From Tubulanus polymorphus (taxonomy: Eukaryota > Animalia > Nemertea): a stretch of DNA of 64,000 bases. Each line of letters starts with the position of its first letter. Positions within the stretch are counted from its first letter, which is position 1. Under the pieces are notes generated by a model. It saw only the letters and a program-made list of their open reading frames with translations. It was not told the origin of the DNA and ran no database searches. The DNA lies in contig NC_134031.1 in assembly GCF_964204645.1 (NCBI RefSeq), positions 15,239,807 through 15,303,806 of the forward strand. Reading direction: 5' to 3'. Positions 1 through 12,900 of the stretch are shown one piece after another. The translations under genes and the position numbers were made by a program.

Positions 1-330
1 ATTCACAACAAACATTAATAATGAATTCAAATTCGAAAGATGAAAGAGCGCTGGGGAAATCAGAGTAACTATGGTTACTAATGATTGAGAGAAAACGAGC
101 GGATTGGCTATCAATGATTCAGAAAATCTCAAATTACCCTTCTTAGTAGAGGATCAATTGAGGATTGGCCGAGGATCGGGTGATGTAGAAATTCTGTTAA
201 CAATGCAAACAACAGATTAGAAAGATGATTTCTTTTTAGAAATTGCAACAGCAGCAGTGGCGGCACACATGTGGAACAGAGTATAAAATAGTAGAAACTG
301 TGGGTGAATATTAGTGAAGCTTGAAGCGGT

Positions 331-390
<60 letters not shown>
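331..390. repeat. (CAG)20 microsatellite
   Basis: Direct reading; reads (CUG)n in the Slo2 pre-mRNA. Confidence 0.95.
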
Positions 391-391
<1 letters not shown>

Positions 392-554
392 TTGCTACTA
401 CCTGCAGCTGCAGCGAGAAGGAAGCTGAGGAGAGCTAGAGAGAGGAGAGGGGTGCAGCAATCTTACTCTCCACACATACTCCATCTATACTCATACAAAT
501 AAACTAAACCGCCAAAATCCTAGTATCATTTAAGAACCCGGTTCGAGTCAGCCT

Positions 555-770
555 AGGCGAACTTCGGTTTTCGTAACTAGTCGACTAGTGATTGCTACTA
601 ATAAACCAAATGCGCTATAGTTTGGTGGCACAGTATTTCACAGTGTCAGCCATCTTGGATATGGGTCGGAACTACAGCGACCATTTCCGGACCATAGTTC
701 CGACCAATTAACATTTGGTTTCATTTAGTTCGACTATAGTCGACTAACTCAGATAACCAAAGTTTGCCCT
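555..770. mobile_element. MITE-like inverted-repeat element
   Basis: AGGCGAACTTCGGTT...AACCAAAGTTTGCCCT termini and extended internal inverted similarity (TAGTCGACTA on both arms). Confidence 0.55.
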
Positions 771-856
771 ATATGATGGATGACTATGTATGCTGAGAGT
801 AAGAACACCATCTATTGTTTAGAAATAGAGAAATGAGATTGAGAACTGATTTCTAC

Positions 857-904
857 CTGTTCATAATTCCTTCTAAATGAACGTCTAAAAGACTTGCGAA
901 ACAT
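857..904 (-). CDS. Slo2 candidate micro-exon (48 nt, [16 protein letters not shown])
   Basis: tatacag acceptor, CAG|gtagaa donor, phase 0-0. Confidence 0.55.
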
Positions 905-3900
905 CTGTATAAAACACGGTAAAAGATTAGTAAAAGAGAGAGTGACCTGTGGCAGTGGAGGATGTACTGTACGGTGTGACACCTAGGGGGCGCTAGTGTG
1001 TATAACGGAAAGAGAGAGTTCATATTAGTAACGGCTGGTGATCAGATAAACAGCGAGAGAAAGATATCGTCTTATCTTTTCATTGATAAAATTACCATCG
1101 GTACCCGAGCTAAAACACAATTATCAACATCGAGACAAGAAAAACAAACATTTATTACATAAAACTTTGAATATTCAAGATTTATGAAAATAGGACACGA
1201 TTTCTGATTTATCGAATTGATTGTTCGGGGGAGGGAGGGCATGCATGCTCCAATGAATGGAAATTTGTTCGGGGAAGGGGGGGCGATCATGCATCTACAT
1301 GTGTGTAGTCTAGTAAGAAAGAGATTCATGAAAAAAGGGAAAATAGAAAAACATTTGAAACATTAGAAAAACAATTTACAAGAGATAAAAGAGATAAAAA
1401 AACATTCACATCATCAATAACAGCTGAAACAGAAAAATTTCGGTGCAGATTTAAAATTCATTTGTGCATTTTATTTTGAGAAAATTCGAGGAAATTAAAG
1501 ATTTCCGTTTTCAGGAAAATATCTTTGCGAAACGTATAGAAATGAAGTAGAGAAACATGCACAGTAACGATAACGTATAATACTTACAGAAGACTGGCGT
1601 CGGAAACCTCCTTTTTTATCACAATTCTAAAAATAATACGGAATCGAAAAACAAACGGAGAAATAAAGCGCAGAACAACTACCAACAAAATTGAATTAAA
1701 AATCATCAAAACCAGTTTATACATAAAAACAAACGCTACGAAACTATGTGTGATGATTTAATGAACCCAGGTGATTCAGAGGCGGTGTAAATCCCAAGCA
1801 GTTTCATGTCCCTAGCTTTTTATCGGCTGGACTGTGTGTAAGCCTATAGCGAAGCGAACCGACAGTAAATGAGGATCAGAGCCACCTAGTGGAGGTTCTA
1901 CGCACTACTTAATACGCACTAGCTCGGATTGTAGCTAATACATCAGAGCCTCCTAGTGGCAATTCTGAGCACTACAGCATTGCCCGCTTTAGACGAGTAG
2001 AATCCCAAGGGGTTCGGCACCCAGGGGCCCAGGGAGAGCAGGGCATCAGAGTAATACTCACTGTACTAGAGCAATCTTTCTCGTGTTGTATCGTTTTCCT
2101 ATAAATACCGATAGGAACCTCACACGTGGTACTGCACAGTTTCTGATATAGTCGACCGTACGTACGAATCCATAAATCCTCTTTACTGATCTTCATCTGC
2201 AATATTTATACATATGTATATATATATCGAGTAATAACAACGATCTTTCAAAACTTTCGAAATCCCTTAAGAAAGTTTATATATAACCTTAACTTATGTA
2301 ATCTACATATCATATGTTGGTTCTATGTTATATTGTTACCCGCCATTTGTGCTTGTATATCGATTTCCATGAAAAAAGTTTATAACTTTGGCAATAAAAA
2401 CATACATACATATATATACGCGTTATCGTTTCCGTAATACACGTGCGAGGGAGCCACCGTACTACATATATACTTACACAAGATAGATGACCTGATCCGA
2501 CTGCCTGATCGATTCCTAATAACAATCTCACAAACGTAATCAAATAATCTTTAACGAACGCCTGAAACAATTAATGAATCACACATCGTGATAAGACCTG
2601 TTATAACAAACGGGGAGTATGAGGGCTGAGATAAGGGGGAGAAAGGCGGGGGCTACACATACCTGATATAGTAACGTATCTAACATACTAGCACTGAAGA
2701 CATTACCAGCAGCGAACGGCAGACGGAACATGTACGATATATGCGAACCTCTTTCCTTCTCTTTCTGCATGTTTATAAAACGCTACAATTAGAACGGTTT
2801 TATCACAATACAACACTTTTACACAGTGTGACACAAACACACGCGCACGCACGCAGATCTGTGCAGGGGGAACCGAATGTGTCGGTCTGTGACTGCTGTG
2901 TCCAGGATAGAAAGCTGTGTGGGCAGTTAATGGGTCCATTAGGGATGAGAATGAATAAAGTGTAATTAGGCTGCGTGAAGTATGAAGGTAACAATTTCAT
3001 GAATGTGAAATTTGCAAGTTTTAAATATAACAGAAAACAACCAGCGTAACAAGTAAAATGTATTAATACAAAATACAGGTGTGCTAATACGCAATACAGG
3101 TGTGTTAATACACAATACAGGTTTATTGGTGTATCGACACGCAATACACGTGTATAATATTGATACGCAATGCAGGTGTATAAAATTGATACACAATACA
3201 GGTGTATAAAATTGATACACAATACAGGTGTATAATATTGATACACAGTACAGGTGCATAAAATTGATACACAATACACGTGTATAGTATTGATACACAA
3301 TACACATGTAAAGTATTGATACACAATACACCTGTATAGTATTGATACACAATACACGTGTATAGTATTGATACACAATACACGTGTATAGTATTGATAC
3401 ACAATACACGTGTATAGTATTGATACACAATACACGTGTATAGTATTGATACACAATACACGTGTATAGTATTGATAAACAATGCAAGCGTATTGATTCA
3501 CAATGCAAATCAAATGCATTAATCAAAACAGGTTATGATTAATAGGGTTATATCTAATACATGTAGAAAGCTTCTTCTTAATAATAAACAGCAAAGCATA
3601 GAATGATATATTTATAGTAACATTTTGTGCTAAATTTATCAATAAAAACAAGCAATAAAATCAATATAATGTATTGATTGATTGTGCGTACCCTACGTCG
3701 TGTTTTATGTCTCCGAGCCTAAATTATAATCAATAAACAAATAAACAGAAACATGACTACGAAATCAGAGTGTGTGTGCGCGAGGGTGCAAGAATAAATA
3801 TAATCTACAAATATCACAATATAAAACACTAATAAAATCTATCAAATCAAAACACTTCAATTTCAAATTGAATTTTTTATAGTAGGAATGTAGTAAATGT

Positions 3901-6900
3901 AGTGAAAATGTAGTAAGAATGTAGTGGAAATGTAGTAGGATATAGAAGGAATGTAGAAGAATGTTGTAGGAATGTAGTGGAAATGCAGTAGGAATGTAGG
4001 AGTGTAAAAGAATGTAGTAGCAATGTAGTAGGAATATAGTAGGAATGTAGAAGAATGTAGTAGGAATGTAAGAATGTAGTAGGAATGTAAAAGAATGTAG
4101 TAGAACGTAGTGGAAATGTAGTAGAAATGTAGAATGAGGAGGGAACTAACCTTTTCGACTTTAGACAGATTTAATGCGTATAAATCTTTAGCCCTGAACT
4201 GCATGAATCTCATGTTCGAAGATTGTGATAATTCCGTTATTATATTCGCGCTCGGGAACAACCTACAAAAAATCAATACGTGTACATGTCTGCACATGCG
4301 CCTGTAACATATGCCGGTATACGCGTAACACGCATACAGGTCGACGCACCTGAATATAGTTTGTACAGCTACGATCGTATTACAATCAGCTAAATAATCC
4401 TCTTCGGCTGAATTAGAACTCTCTTTATTGACTATGACGACGTTGTCTGCGAGATTGATACCAGCTCGTAACAAATCATCCAAACTAGAAAAATATACAA
4501 AATATACAACTCGTATGTTCTCCCTACTCTCACTGTATTCAATGATTGATAGATTGATACGGGGTATGCTAGATAGTCCCATGTCTCATTGGTCCCACAA
4601 TTTATTCCATGTCTCATTGGTCTCATATCTCATAAGTCCCATATCTCATTGGTCCCACATCCACAAGGGTACTGGACCCAGTCCAGGCGCCGTACTACTA
4701 GTAACATAACCCCACCGAAGCCTTTCTGAAATGGGCCTATTAATTTTCACACCTTTTTATGTGGGCTAGGTTGATTGTGGGATCAGTGAGATGCAGGACT
4801 AATGACGCGTGGGACCAATGACACGTGAAATAAATTGTGGGACTGATGATACGTGGGATTAATGAGACTTGGGACCAACGACATTCTTCTGATTGATACC
4901 AGTTCGTAACAAATCATCCGAACTAGAAATTATATACAAAATATACAACTCGTATATTCTCCCTACTCTCGCTGTATTCGATGATTGCTAAATCGCATCG
5001 ACCAATCAGACATTCATTTCCTGTTACCCTTTTCCCCGTCCCCGTACTGATATAACCCCCTCCCCCTCGCAGCTCCCCGGTGGGAGATAGTACAGCTTAC
5101 CAATCAATAGACCCAATCATCCAATAAACCATCGGAAAATAGGAAATAGTCTCTAGAAACGTCGGGTCGGGTCTGAAAAAAAAAACAATATAGAACGCGG
5201 AATAAAAACGATACGTGTATCGCAGATAAACCGGGTAGTAATGAATAATTGAATATAAACCGAGATTACCTGCGTTCTAGTAGTAAAACTATCGGATTAA
5301 GGGACACTTTCGATCGGCAATGAGACCGCAACGGAACAATGAAATTATACAACCCGTTGCTGGCATAGTCGGCGGCGACGATTATCGCGCGATTCGGCCA
5401 GTTATACTCTTTGGCGTGTTTACAGTTCGTGTGTTCGCACGTCTGTAAAACAATATAAATCACGACGACCATTACGGTTATAGTCCAAATATGCCCCCAC
5501 AGGGGGCGTTAGTTACTCGTACACAACTACTAGCATGACAAACTAGAGATCATCGTCAGGTGTGGGATCGAAACGTCATGTACAGTCAACTCCCGATATA
5601 CCGCCCTCCCATTTACCACCCACCGCCAGGTAAATGTACATCTCTATACAAATACATAGTAAAACACCCCGGATATACCGCCATATCCTCTATACCACCA
5701 AAATCGTTCTGCACCGATGTGGGCGACATATCGGGGGCTGACTGTATTTTACACTTTAGAAAGAAATTCTCGATTTTGAAATTCTTTTAATTGTACATAG
5801 TGGGTTTTTTTTATCTTATTACTAGAAAATTTAGTTTTGTTTCATGCATCTAAAATAATGGGAATTGTTCAAATAGTTGAAATACTTCTAACGTGACTAA
5901 TTTCTAAATATCTAACAACAGCCTCCCCTCCGCACTTACAAACAATTATACTACAAAATGTTGCAAATAAAAATTGGGAGAGAAATGAAAAAATAAACTG
6001 AACTGATATTTACTACAGACATACACAGATACATACAGATTGATGTGGAGCATCAGTGATAGAGGGAGCAGCAAGAACGTACTGGATGCTGGATATACTA
6101 CTGCATGTACCCGGGAGGCTGAGGGATGCTAATGAACCCAGGAGGCAGGAGGAATACTGATGAACCCTGGGGCCGGTTGCTCAAAAGATGGTTAAAGAAA
6201 ACCGGCGGATAAATACCATAGTAACAATGCAATTTCAATTATCACTATGTCAACTATCCACTGGTTAACTCTAACCAACTTTTGAGCAACCGGCCCCAGG
6301 AGGTTGATGAAGGGATGCTGGATGAACCCAGGAGGCTGAGGGATGTTACTGCATCAGCCTAGATAGCTGAAGGATACTTTATCAACCCGAGAGGCTGAGG
6401 GATACTCGAAAATCCCGGAAGGCTGGGGATGTTATGTCACTGTATCTACCCAAGAGGCTGGGGATGTTACTGTATCAGCCCGAGATGCAGAGGGATGCTG
6501 ATGAACACGGGATGCTGGGGATGTTACTGTATCAGCCCGAGATGCTGAGGGATGCTGATGAACCTGGGATGCTGGGGATGTTACTGTATCAGCCCGAGAT
6601 GCCGAGGGATTTTGATGAACCCGGGATGCTGGGGATGTTACTGTATCAGCCCGAGATGCTGAGGGATTCTGATGAACCCGGGATGCTGGGGATGTTACTG
6701 TATCAGCCCGAGATGCTGATGAACCCGGGATGCTGGGGATGTTACTGTATCAGCCCGAGATGCTGATGGATGCTGAATACAAGCATGCTAAGATATAGTA
6801 AAACTGAAATGTACCTGTGATAGTTGTAAACAACACAATGGTCTCTTCAGACGAGAGACATGACATAAAGAGGCACCGGTCCCAATATACGGTTTACACG

Positions 6901-9900
6901 GTGGAAAACCTTTTATAACACTGCAGTGTAGAAAATAATAAAATAGGCTATAGTCATTAAATTGTGTCATAACCACGGCTGATCGTGACTGAGGGGGTCC
7001 GGTCTGAGGGGGACCGAGGGGGGTCTGAGGGGGTAATGAAAAATAGTGCCCTGACATCGCAACAAGAGTGCGTCTCACCCGTTCACCCCCGCGGTTAATA
7101 ACAATATTCTAAAAATCATCCGGAATTTTAGCAAAATCGTGTAAAAAGCAACATGCGAAAAATAAAACACAACAAAAATTTCATCGATTACAGCCTTAAA
7201 ATTAAGAGAAAATGTCTCGGCAAAAATGACATTCTAGCAGAAGTTACATTCCGGCGGAAATAACATTTCAGCAAAAATATCATTCTGGCAGAATATTCCA
7301 TCGAAAATTCATTCCAGCAGAAATAACATTACAGTAGACAAAAAACTGATTATAAACATATTTGATGATTTGGAAATAATACAAAGCCTAAAATAGCATA
7401 AAAATAATGCAACAAAAATCTGATAAATTTTGAGACTGTAATTATTGGGGAGTTTGGGGGGTGTAGGGATGGTGGTTTGTAGGGGGTTGATTTACACTCT
7501 TGTTGCCCTGACAGTTTTACACTTAAACACAATATATACAGCCCTTACATGTTCATAAATCATTTTCAAAATACTGTTTTTCCGTAAAGACTAGGAGTAA
7601 AAAGGCATAAAGGATGTAAGGGGTATAAGGGGGCATATGGGGTTTAAGAGGCATAAGGGGTTTAAGGGGCATATGGGGTTTAAGAGGCATACGAGATTTA
7701 TGGGGCATTATTGGCTAAAGGGTATAAGGGGTTAATGAGGCATAAAGGAGGTTCAAGGGGCATAAGGGATTAAGGGGTTAAAATGGCATATGGGGTTTAA
7801 GAGTCAAAGGGGAAAATGGGCATAAGGGGTTTAAGGGGTATAAGGGGCACCTGGTTAGTTTACAGGCATGTATTATAAACATGTATGGTTCGTATATAGA
7901 TAAAAAGCTGTATATAATTGATACCTTCGCTAGTTGTAGACAGCATAAAGGTCGTTTAGTTTTAACAAGGTGACATAGATGTGTACTCTGTCCGATATAT
8001 GGTATTGTTGGTGGGAAGCCTTTTATATAACTAATTATAATGATAATAACAATAGAACATTATGATGTTACAAGGGCATGTAACCAATAGAAACCATTTA
8101 TATTATCATGACGTAACCAGTATAGGAGCTGAAAATGAATACGCAAATTTAAAAACAGTAATCTGTAAATAGTGGATTCAATCAAGAAACTAGTGAACTT
8201 CTGAAAACTCTTAACACCCGCTGCCTTCGGTGAGTTCAATACCTGCCGAGCAGTCAGTGAATTCTAAACTCTCTTAACACCTGCTGAGCAGTAGGTGAGT
8301 TCTAAACTCTCTCAAAACTTGCTGCTCTCAGTGAGTTCAACACCTACCGAGCAGTCAGTGAATTCTAAACTCTCTTAACACCTGCTGAGCAGTGAGTTCT
8401 AAACTCTCTCAAAACCTGCTGCTCTCAGTGAGTTCAACACCTACCGAGCAGTCAGTGAGTTCTAAACTCTTGTAACACCTGAACTTCTAAAAACTCTTAA
8501 CACCCGCTGCCCTCGGTGAGTTCAATACCTATCGAGCACTAAGTGAGTTCTAAACTCTTGTAACACCTGCCGAGCAGTCAGTGAGTTGTAAACTCTCTCA
8601 ACACCTGTGGCACCACACTCAGTGAGTTCTAAACACCTGTTGCAAACTCAGTGAGTTCTGAACACCTGTTGCAAACTCAGTGAGTTCTAAACACCTGTTG
8701 CAAAATCAGTGAGTTCTAAACACCTGTTGCAAACTCAGTGAGTTCTTAACACCTGTTGCAAACTCAGTGAGATCTAAACTCACTCGATACCTGCCGCACA
8801 CTGTCTGGGGTTCTAAACTCTCCTCAAATATCGTGCTTACAAGTTGAAATATATCTCAGTAAACCATGCAGCAGCAGCAGCAGCAGCAGCGGTAATACAT
8901 ACAAATCTCATGCATGATTGAAACTCAAACAATTGAATACTTACTCAAGAGGAGGGCTACAAATATACATCACCGAACAATCAGTGAGATTCACAATGAA
9001 TAATGAAGCTAATTTCAAGTTCTAAACTGAAGTTTCATAGAAAATACTTCAAAGTCTTCCGTCAACGTTTTCGGCTGCGATTCTTAGAAAAACGCGTTTC
9101 TAAGCTACGATCAATTAGTCGAGACTATAATTCATATCTAGGAATAACGAGTGAGTAAACGAGTGAGTAAATACTTACTCTTCGGGCGGCGACATCCATA
9201 CGTCGTCGTCGTCGTCCGATTTTTCCGGTTCGGACTCGGATTCGGTTTCGACGTTGATTTCGATTCCGTTCGATTCGATCACCGCGGGAACCGGCGCGAT
9301 GCTCGGTCGTTTGTTTAAACTCTGGATGCTCAGACCTTTCGGCAGTTCTAGTTTGTTACTCGAGCAACGATTAGGCGCTAGATTAGCTAATCCCGTTTCG
9401 CTGCTCGAACGCGTGTGCTGTAACTCTAAAGCTACCGTCCCTGAAAAAAAAGAAGAACAATATTAATATATTTCAGAACTCGCCAAAATCTAAAACCTTG
9501 CAGTTTTGTTTCTTAATTTTGATGTTGATTTCTTTTTTTGTGGAGATTTTTACAAACTTCTAGTCGAAAATGAATGCATTAAAAAAACCACCATGCACCA
9601 GATCTTATTGCAAGAACATTGAAAATGGCTGCCAGGCAGCCAGCAGGCAGGCTGAATGAAGCCAGGCAGGCTGAGTGAAGCCAGTCAGCCAGTGTAGGCT
9701 GAGTGAAGACAGTTGCGCAGGCCGAGTGAAGCCAATCAGTGATATCACATAGACTAATAGCAACAAGCCTTAATATTCATTAAACAAAAAAACAAATTAA
9801 TCATTTACAACTAATTGATTATTTCAGATTAATTTGAATAGCTTATAAATCTATAAATAAACAGATATTTCCCTGAACCTACAGTTGAAACATGCGTCTG

Positions 9901-12900
9901 GTTACATTCATTCATTTAGTGTCTGTTAGTGATTTTACTGTGTCGTGTTCTGTGTCGAGTACGTATGTCAATAATCAGTGCAGTGTTTCTGTTTTCAGTA
10001 GTTTCAAAACTTCCTTCCAGAAAAATGGCTCCCCCTATGACATCATCGCATTGAACCCAATACCGATAATTGATTTCTTCGAGTTTATAAAAAATTTGCC
10101 GATGATGTCATTGGGGGTATTCACGAGGGCGGCTGTGATTCTCTTGTTGTCGTGTTCGAACACATAAATTGAGACAAGTAAAAAGTGAAGAGGTACAAAG
10201 AGAGAAGAGAAGAGAGAGAGAGTTTGAGGGTGAGAAGACATCAATGTTTTTGTTTGACCTGTTGCTGAGAGATCGGGGCGTTTTAAGAAATCGTCATCGT
10301 GTTTGATAGCAACGGCGAGAGCTCCGTGTTTCCCTGCAATAATATACCAACTCTTAATGCTGTAATCATTCTAATAACCAGTTGGAATTGGTTTAATGAG
10401 TCTGGATTAGTTTAAATGCTGTAATCATTCTAATAACTGGTCGGAATTAGTTAAAATGCTGTTATCATTCTAATAATGAGTCTGAATTAGTTAAAATGCT
10501 GTAATCATTCTATAAATAAGTCTCAACTAGCTTAAAAGCTGTAATCATTCTAATTTGTCAGCCTGAGTTCCAGTGAACTAATGATGGCTGAAACCACATC
10601 AATGTGATTATTGATTAGTCTACTGTAACCCCGCCCCTCCCTTACCCCCACACTCCCCCTAACCCCCCTCTGAGATTAACAGCAGGAAATAAGAATGCTT
10701 TTGGTGATAGATGAGCGTGTTTTGTTTGACTTCCTTTCCCTATCACGGAGCCGCGCTCTTTTACCACAATAGAGCTCAGCTCCAAACCGGAGGTGTGTCC
10801 TCAGAAACGGATCGCGCTTTTAGCTAGCCGTGGAGTAGATACCAGAGAGTGGAGCTGCGTGCTCTGAACCGGACAAACCGCCTCTCAAGAACGGGAGCTC
10901 CGGTGTGCGGAGTAGAAAACTCTATTAATGAATAATCAGAGTCAATACGAGACTAATCAATCAGCTAATTGGGTGCTGACTGATAGCGGGGGTCATCTCA
11001 ACAACAACGACACCGATAGGGGGGTCGCCTCGGCGTGTACCTATCACCTCACATCGACTATACCGAATTCATCCTCCACATCGTTCAAAATCCACCAGAA
11101 TTAAATACAAGAGATAGACAATGATTAAATAATCGATAATCATGATCGCGATCATTCTCACCACCATCTTCCTTATCAGTATCATCATCATCATCGCCAC
11201 CGTCGTCGTGGCGACGATTTCTAGGTAACATTGTTGGCGTCCACGGAGCTTGCGGATTCCAAAGCGGATCGCAATAACTCCAAACCGGATCAATGCCTGC
11301 AAATATTCAACCGTAACACGCTCTAAATACATCACGCGCGCGCGGGTAACTGTTTAGTAATTAATATAAAGATGCAGCGATCAGTAAGATGAGTGCGTTA
11401 ACGAGTTGAGGAGCGGTGACAGTCGTCGTCGTCGTCGTCAGTACGTGTGTCAGGTCGTTAGTTACTCAATAATAAACAACCGCGTAACCATGGATACCTG
11501 AATTATCGCCACCAGTGTCGGCGCCGCTCGACCAAACTAACGATGAGAAATCTTCGATTCGAATCGCTTTAAACACAAAATAAACAACGTAATTTACGAC
11601 TTTACCGGAACCACCCCCCCCCCTGCGTCGTTCCCTCCCAACTTCCCCGCCGGAGTAAACACGCACTTACCGACGCTGGCGATCATGCTGGCTACTTTCG
11701 AATAATTCCCGGTAGGATTAGATTTGATTCGGTCGAGATTGTTTTTATCTTTATCGGTGTTCGGATGGGCGAGGATGAACGCCGAATTCTCCTCCTTCGT
11801 GATACTCATATAGAAACATACGTCCGACGCTTTCATTATGTGCCGCGGTCCCGGATTCAACTGGATACTCGAATTAGGCAAATCCTGTTTGATGCCTACT
11901 AAACTTACTCCGTACCTGAAATAATAATCCGCGCGGCACGGTTTAAGCTATAACGGTATCTAGGACGATAAACCGGGTTTATATGAAATCGAGGTTCTTA
12001 CTTTCTGTGAGCGTGAAATGACGCGAATGTAAAACTCTTTCCTTCGTATTCGCCGAAAAATTGAGAATCTCCGAGTCGAATGTGATAGATTTCATTACCA
12101 GAACATCTTCCATACAATCTCTGCCACTCCTCGGGCGATGACTGACCTTCCCTACAACACAAAATACAATATCTATATAACTTTTTATTGATTATTGGGT
12201 GCTTGATGAAAATTTTACTGACCCCTTGATGTATGACCCCTGGATGATTGAAGGAGTAATGTACTTAATGACCCCTGGATGAATGAAGGAGTAATGTACT
12301 TACTGACCCCTGGATGTATGAAGGAGTAATGTACTTAATGACCCCTGGATGGATGAAGGAGTAATGTACTTACTGACCCCTGGATGAATGAAGGAGTAAT
12401 GTACTTATTGACCCCTGGATGTATGAAGGAGTAATGTACTTACTGACCCCTGGATGTATAAAGGAGTAATGTACTTACTGACCCCTGGATGTATGAAGGA
12501 GTAATGTACTTACTGACCCCTGGATGTATGAAGCAGTATGTGCTTAATGACCCCTGGATGTATGAAGGAGTAATGTACTTACTGACCCCTGGATGTATAA
12601 TGGAGTAATGTACTTACTGACCCCTGGATGTATGAAGGAGTAATGTACTTACTGACCCCTGGATGTATAAAGGAGTAATGTACTTACTGGCCCCTGGATG
12701 TATGAAGGAGTAATGTTACTAGTGTTGATGCTGCTGGACACAAACAATTATTTGCTAACAAAGCATATTTCATCTCATCCTCACAGACGCAATGTTCTAT
12801 AAATAGATATTAATGCAGCGTCCTATAAACAGATACGAACTCGGCGTTCTATAAATAGATTTTGCTTACCCGCAAATTTCACATGGAATTTATTTTCAGG

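Noticed and set aside
314-502. Poly-Ser ORF
   Set aside because: Product of the (CAG)n microsatellite, antisense within a Slo2 intron.
2803-3526. Overlapping 119-238 aa ORFs
   Set aside because: Translations of a 26-bp intronic minisatellite, open in all three frames, with no domain.
5534-5580. GATC-GAAACGTC hammerhead-like half
   Set aside because: No CTGANGA box upstream.
10065-10135. Possible fourth phase-1 cassette exon ([23 protein letters not shown])
   Set aside because: The acceptor lacks an adjacent pyrimidine tract and the donor is weak; not supportable without reads.
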